Source of the DNA: Iphione sp. A-MEVVRFRX5
Taxonomy: Eukaryota
Length of the DNA: 64,000 nt
NCBI GenBank assembly: GCA_976226885.1
Contig: OZ320319.1
Span: 3,720,001 to 3,784,000 of the forward strand
Reading direction: 5' to 3'
The position numbers were made by a program, and so were the translations under genes. Below the pieces are notes generated by a model. The model saw only the letters and a program-made list of their open reading frames with translations, did no database searches and was not told where the DNA came from. Of this stretch, positions 61,720 to 64,000 are shown one piece after another; the first letter of the stretch is position 1; each line of letters begins with the position of its first letter.

Positions 61720-62490
61720 CACTGACTTTCTGGTAAGAAGCCTTGTTCGCAATGTGTTATTAGGTTATTGAGGATGATTCTAGCAAGAATTTTCCTGGCA
61801 ATCAACAGAAGGGATACATCTCAGTAGTTGTCATAATACTGACAGTTCCCTTTCCTTTTGTAAAGGTGAATGATATTTGCATCCTTGAACCCTTGGGTTA
61901 AGGTAGCCTTGTCCCGGATGTTTTGTAAGAGTAATGTTAGCTTCTCAAATAGTTTGGGACCTCCCTGCTTATAGACTTCAGCTGGTATGGCATACCCTTT
62001 GGTGCCTTTCTACTCGATAGTTACTTATTAGCCCTTTCTATTTCTACTATAGAGGGAATAATGTTGACGTGTTCACTGATCCGTACCTGAGATAGATGCT
62101 CAATAACTTCATTGTTCATCTGGGAAGTTTGGTTTCGAACATTATTGATGTGTTCAGCCCAATGTGATAGAATCTTTTTCTTGTCCGCCAGTAATTTGTT
62201 CCCCTCTGCAGATAGAATCGGGATGACACTGGATGGTTGTGTCCCTCAGACTGGTTTTAGGGCTGTATACAAGTTTTTCATGTCGTGTCTGTCAGCAAAG
62301 CTTTGAATCTCTTGGGCTTTATTGCATAACCATTGATTTTGCAAATTTCTGAGTTTATGCTGGATGACATTACAGTATTGTTTCTAAGCATTGTCTCGCT
62401 TGCCTCAGTTGGATTGTTGTTGCTTGTTCTTTGTAGTTGTTGCTTTTGCTCTAACAGGTTTATGATTTTTGTGCCATTTTCATCAAACCC
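61720..62490 (-). mobile_element. decayed RTE/BovB-like LINE ORF2 fragment
   Basis: FDEN...KAQEIQSFADRHDMKNLY...KILSHWAEH...KGKGN...IARKILARIILN...LPESQ with many stops and frameshifts. Confidence 0.85.
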
Positions 62491-62901
62491 TCCACTGTAC
62501 TTTGACTATAATATACAAGTAATAATTATACTATACACTGTTGCATATCTTCAGCCTCCCTGAGTTTTAAGAAAAGCCTAAATTAGTACGGTGCTATTGA
62601 ATGGAGAGTTATGAACTAAAGATAACGCCAACTGAAATATAAACTACGTGATTCTGCCAGAAGGTTTTATTAGGTAAAAGCATACTTCCTACACTTCGTC
62701 TTTTTACACTTGACTGTCAGTTACTTCAAATAAGTAAAAAAAATGTTTTGAAAAGACTAAAAATAGGATATATTTCCACCGAAAAATATTTGAATATGAT
62801 ACAATTTCGTTGCAACAAGAGATCGATTCAAAATGTCACTTAGAGGATGAATTTTATCATTCTGTATCGTGCAAAGTATTTTACTGCCCTTCTGTAAACA
62901 G

Positions 62902-63620
62902 GAGTCACCATTGGAGTCCTCGCAGCAGGGGCTGTAATCGCGGGCGCGACAGGTGGAGTTGTGTAAGTATACGTTTATCCCATGCCTGTATGATATCAGT
63001 CCCTCAGCTAACAGTATACTGCTGGTGGGGGGGGGGGGTTGGTTGGGGCTAGTAGACAAAGTGGCGGCACAGGTTTGTTTTGATTAAGTCCAACCCTCCA
63101 GATCTTGTAGTCTGTATAACTCCTCAACCAAGGAAGCTACTAATTCTAAAATCGACAAAAGAAGATATTCTGAGAGATTGAAGATGAAAGATTCATTGCT
63201 GGTAAAGGAACCCGAATAAGCCCCTTTTGGTCTACTTGCCCTTATAAAAGAACACCATAGGTCACTTGGTGATGGAGGATAAGATATTTTTTTAGAATCT
63301 TTATCTAACCTGAAAGTACATTGGTATCAGGACATACTCCACGTGTCGGTCTCCAAAAGAATACTATATGATTCGAATCAACGTACCTCGAAGCAACACT
63401 GCCTGGTTTCAAATATATAGCACAGGCAAATACAAAAGCACTGACAATGCTTAGTTCTAATTGAAACTGGAATTGCATTTGCTGCTATAAAATGCTCTAT
63501 TCTAACTTAGGTAATGTTCTCTCCCTTAGTATGATCTTATCTGTCAATGTACCACTATTTTATCAGAGTTTTAGGGACACATCATTAGCAAAGCGAGATC
63601 ACAAGCTGCTCCATCTGCTG
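62902..63620 (+). CDS. partial unidentified gene with a glycine-rich hydrophobic segment; tentative exons 62902-62962, 63111-63201, 63575-63620
   Basis: Phase-compatible: GVTIGVLAAGAVIAGATGGVV-LYNSSTKEATNSKIDKRRYSERLKMKDSLL-GHIISKARSQAAPSA; first exon has cag/gtaagt sites. Confidence 0.45.
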
Positions 63621-64000
63621 GTCTGTCTGAGTGATCAGCCAACATAAAAAAATGACACGGTTGAGTGGCCACAACCTGCTCCATCTGTTGGTCTGTCTGT
63701 GTGATCAGCAGACATAGAAAGATGACACAGTTGAGTGGGTTGTACCTGCTCATGGTTTAATCCAGTTATAATATCAACCATTTCTCAACATGTATTCCTT
63801 TCATCATTATGTACTAGCCACATGTCAGCTTTCTAACTTGTCACTGTACTTCTCAACCTTCTCATCTGATACATCCTCTTGCTTAATCTGTCATCTCACT
63901 GTCTTGGATTATGCTCAGGTATTTATATTTCTATATGGTGCAAGGAAAGTTATTTACTTGGTCACTACTTTCCTGCCTGGAGCATTCAGCCACCTTATTC

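Noticed and set aside
1-64000. CRISPR-like repeat arrays
   Set aside because: The arrays are head-to-tail minisatellites without unique spacers; eukaryotic context and no cas genes.

Overview
Intron-rich, repeat-rich animal genomic DNA, probably a lophotrochozoan invertebrate (inferred only from the SINE and LINE types), with two N gaps. Reconstructed by hand from splice sites: a complete 10-exon ILKAP (PP2C phosphatase) on the minus strand (5792-20832) head-to-head with a complete 5-exon NUDT8-like Nudix hydrolase (24122-32061). Also present: a gene with one coding exon for a 356-aa single-pass membrane protein (39953-41023), a secreted vWA-domain protein (47448 to at least 50609), and several unidentified exon sets. 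The most unusual element is a near full-length CR1/L2-group LINE (about 55548-61210, minus strand) with three ORFs. ORF1 (coiled coil + RRM) is fused to a C-terminal NADAR/YbiA ADP-ribose/N-glycoside hydrolase domain, followed by a separate SGNH-like ORF and then an APE-RT ORF2. A second recurring theme is that exon ends, including their splice sites, are tandemly duplicated into the flanking intron in at least three genes. tRNA-derived SINEs, several MITE families, an RTE fragment and many minisatellites fill the rest.
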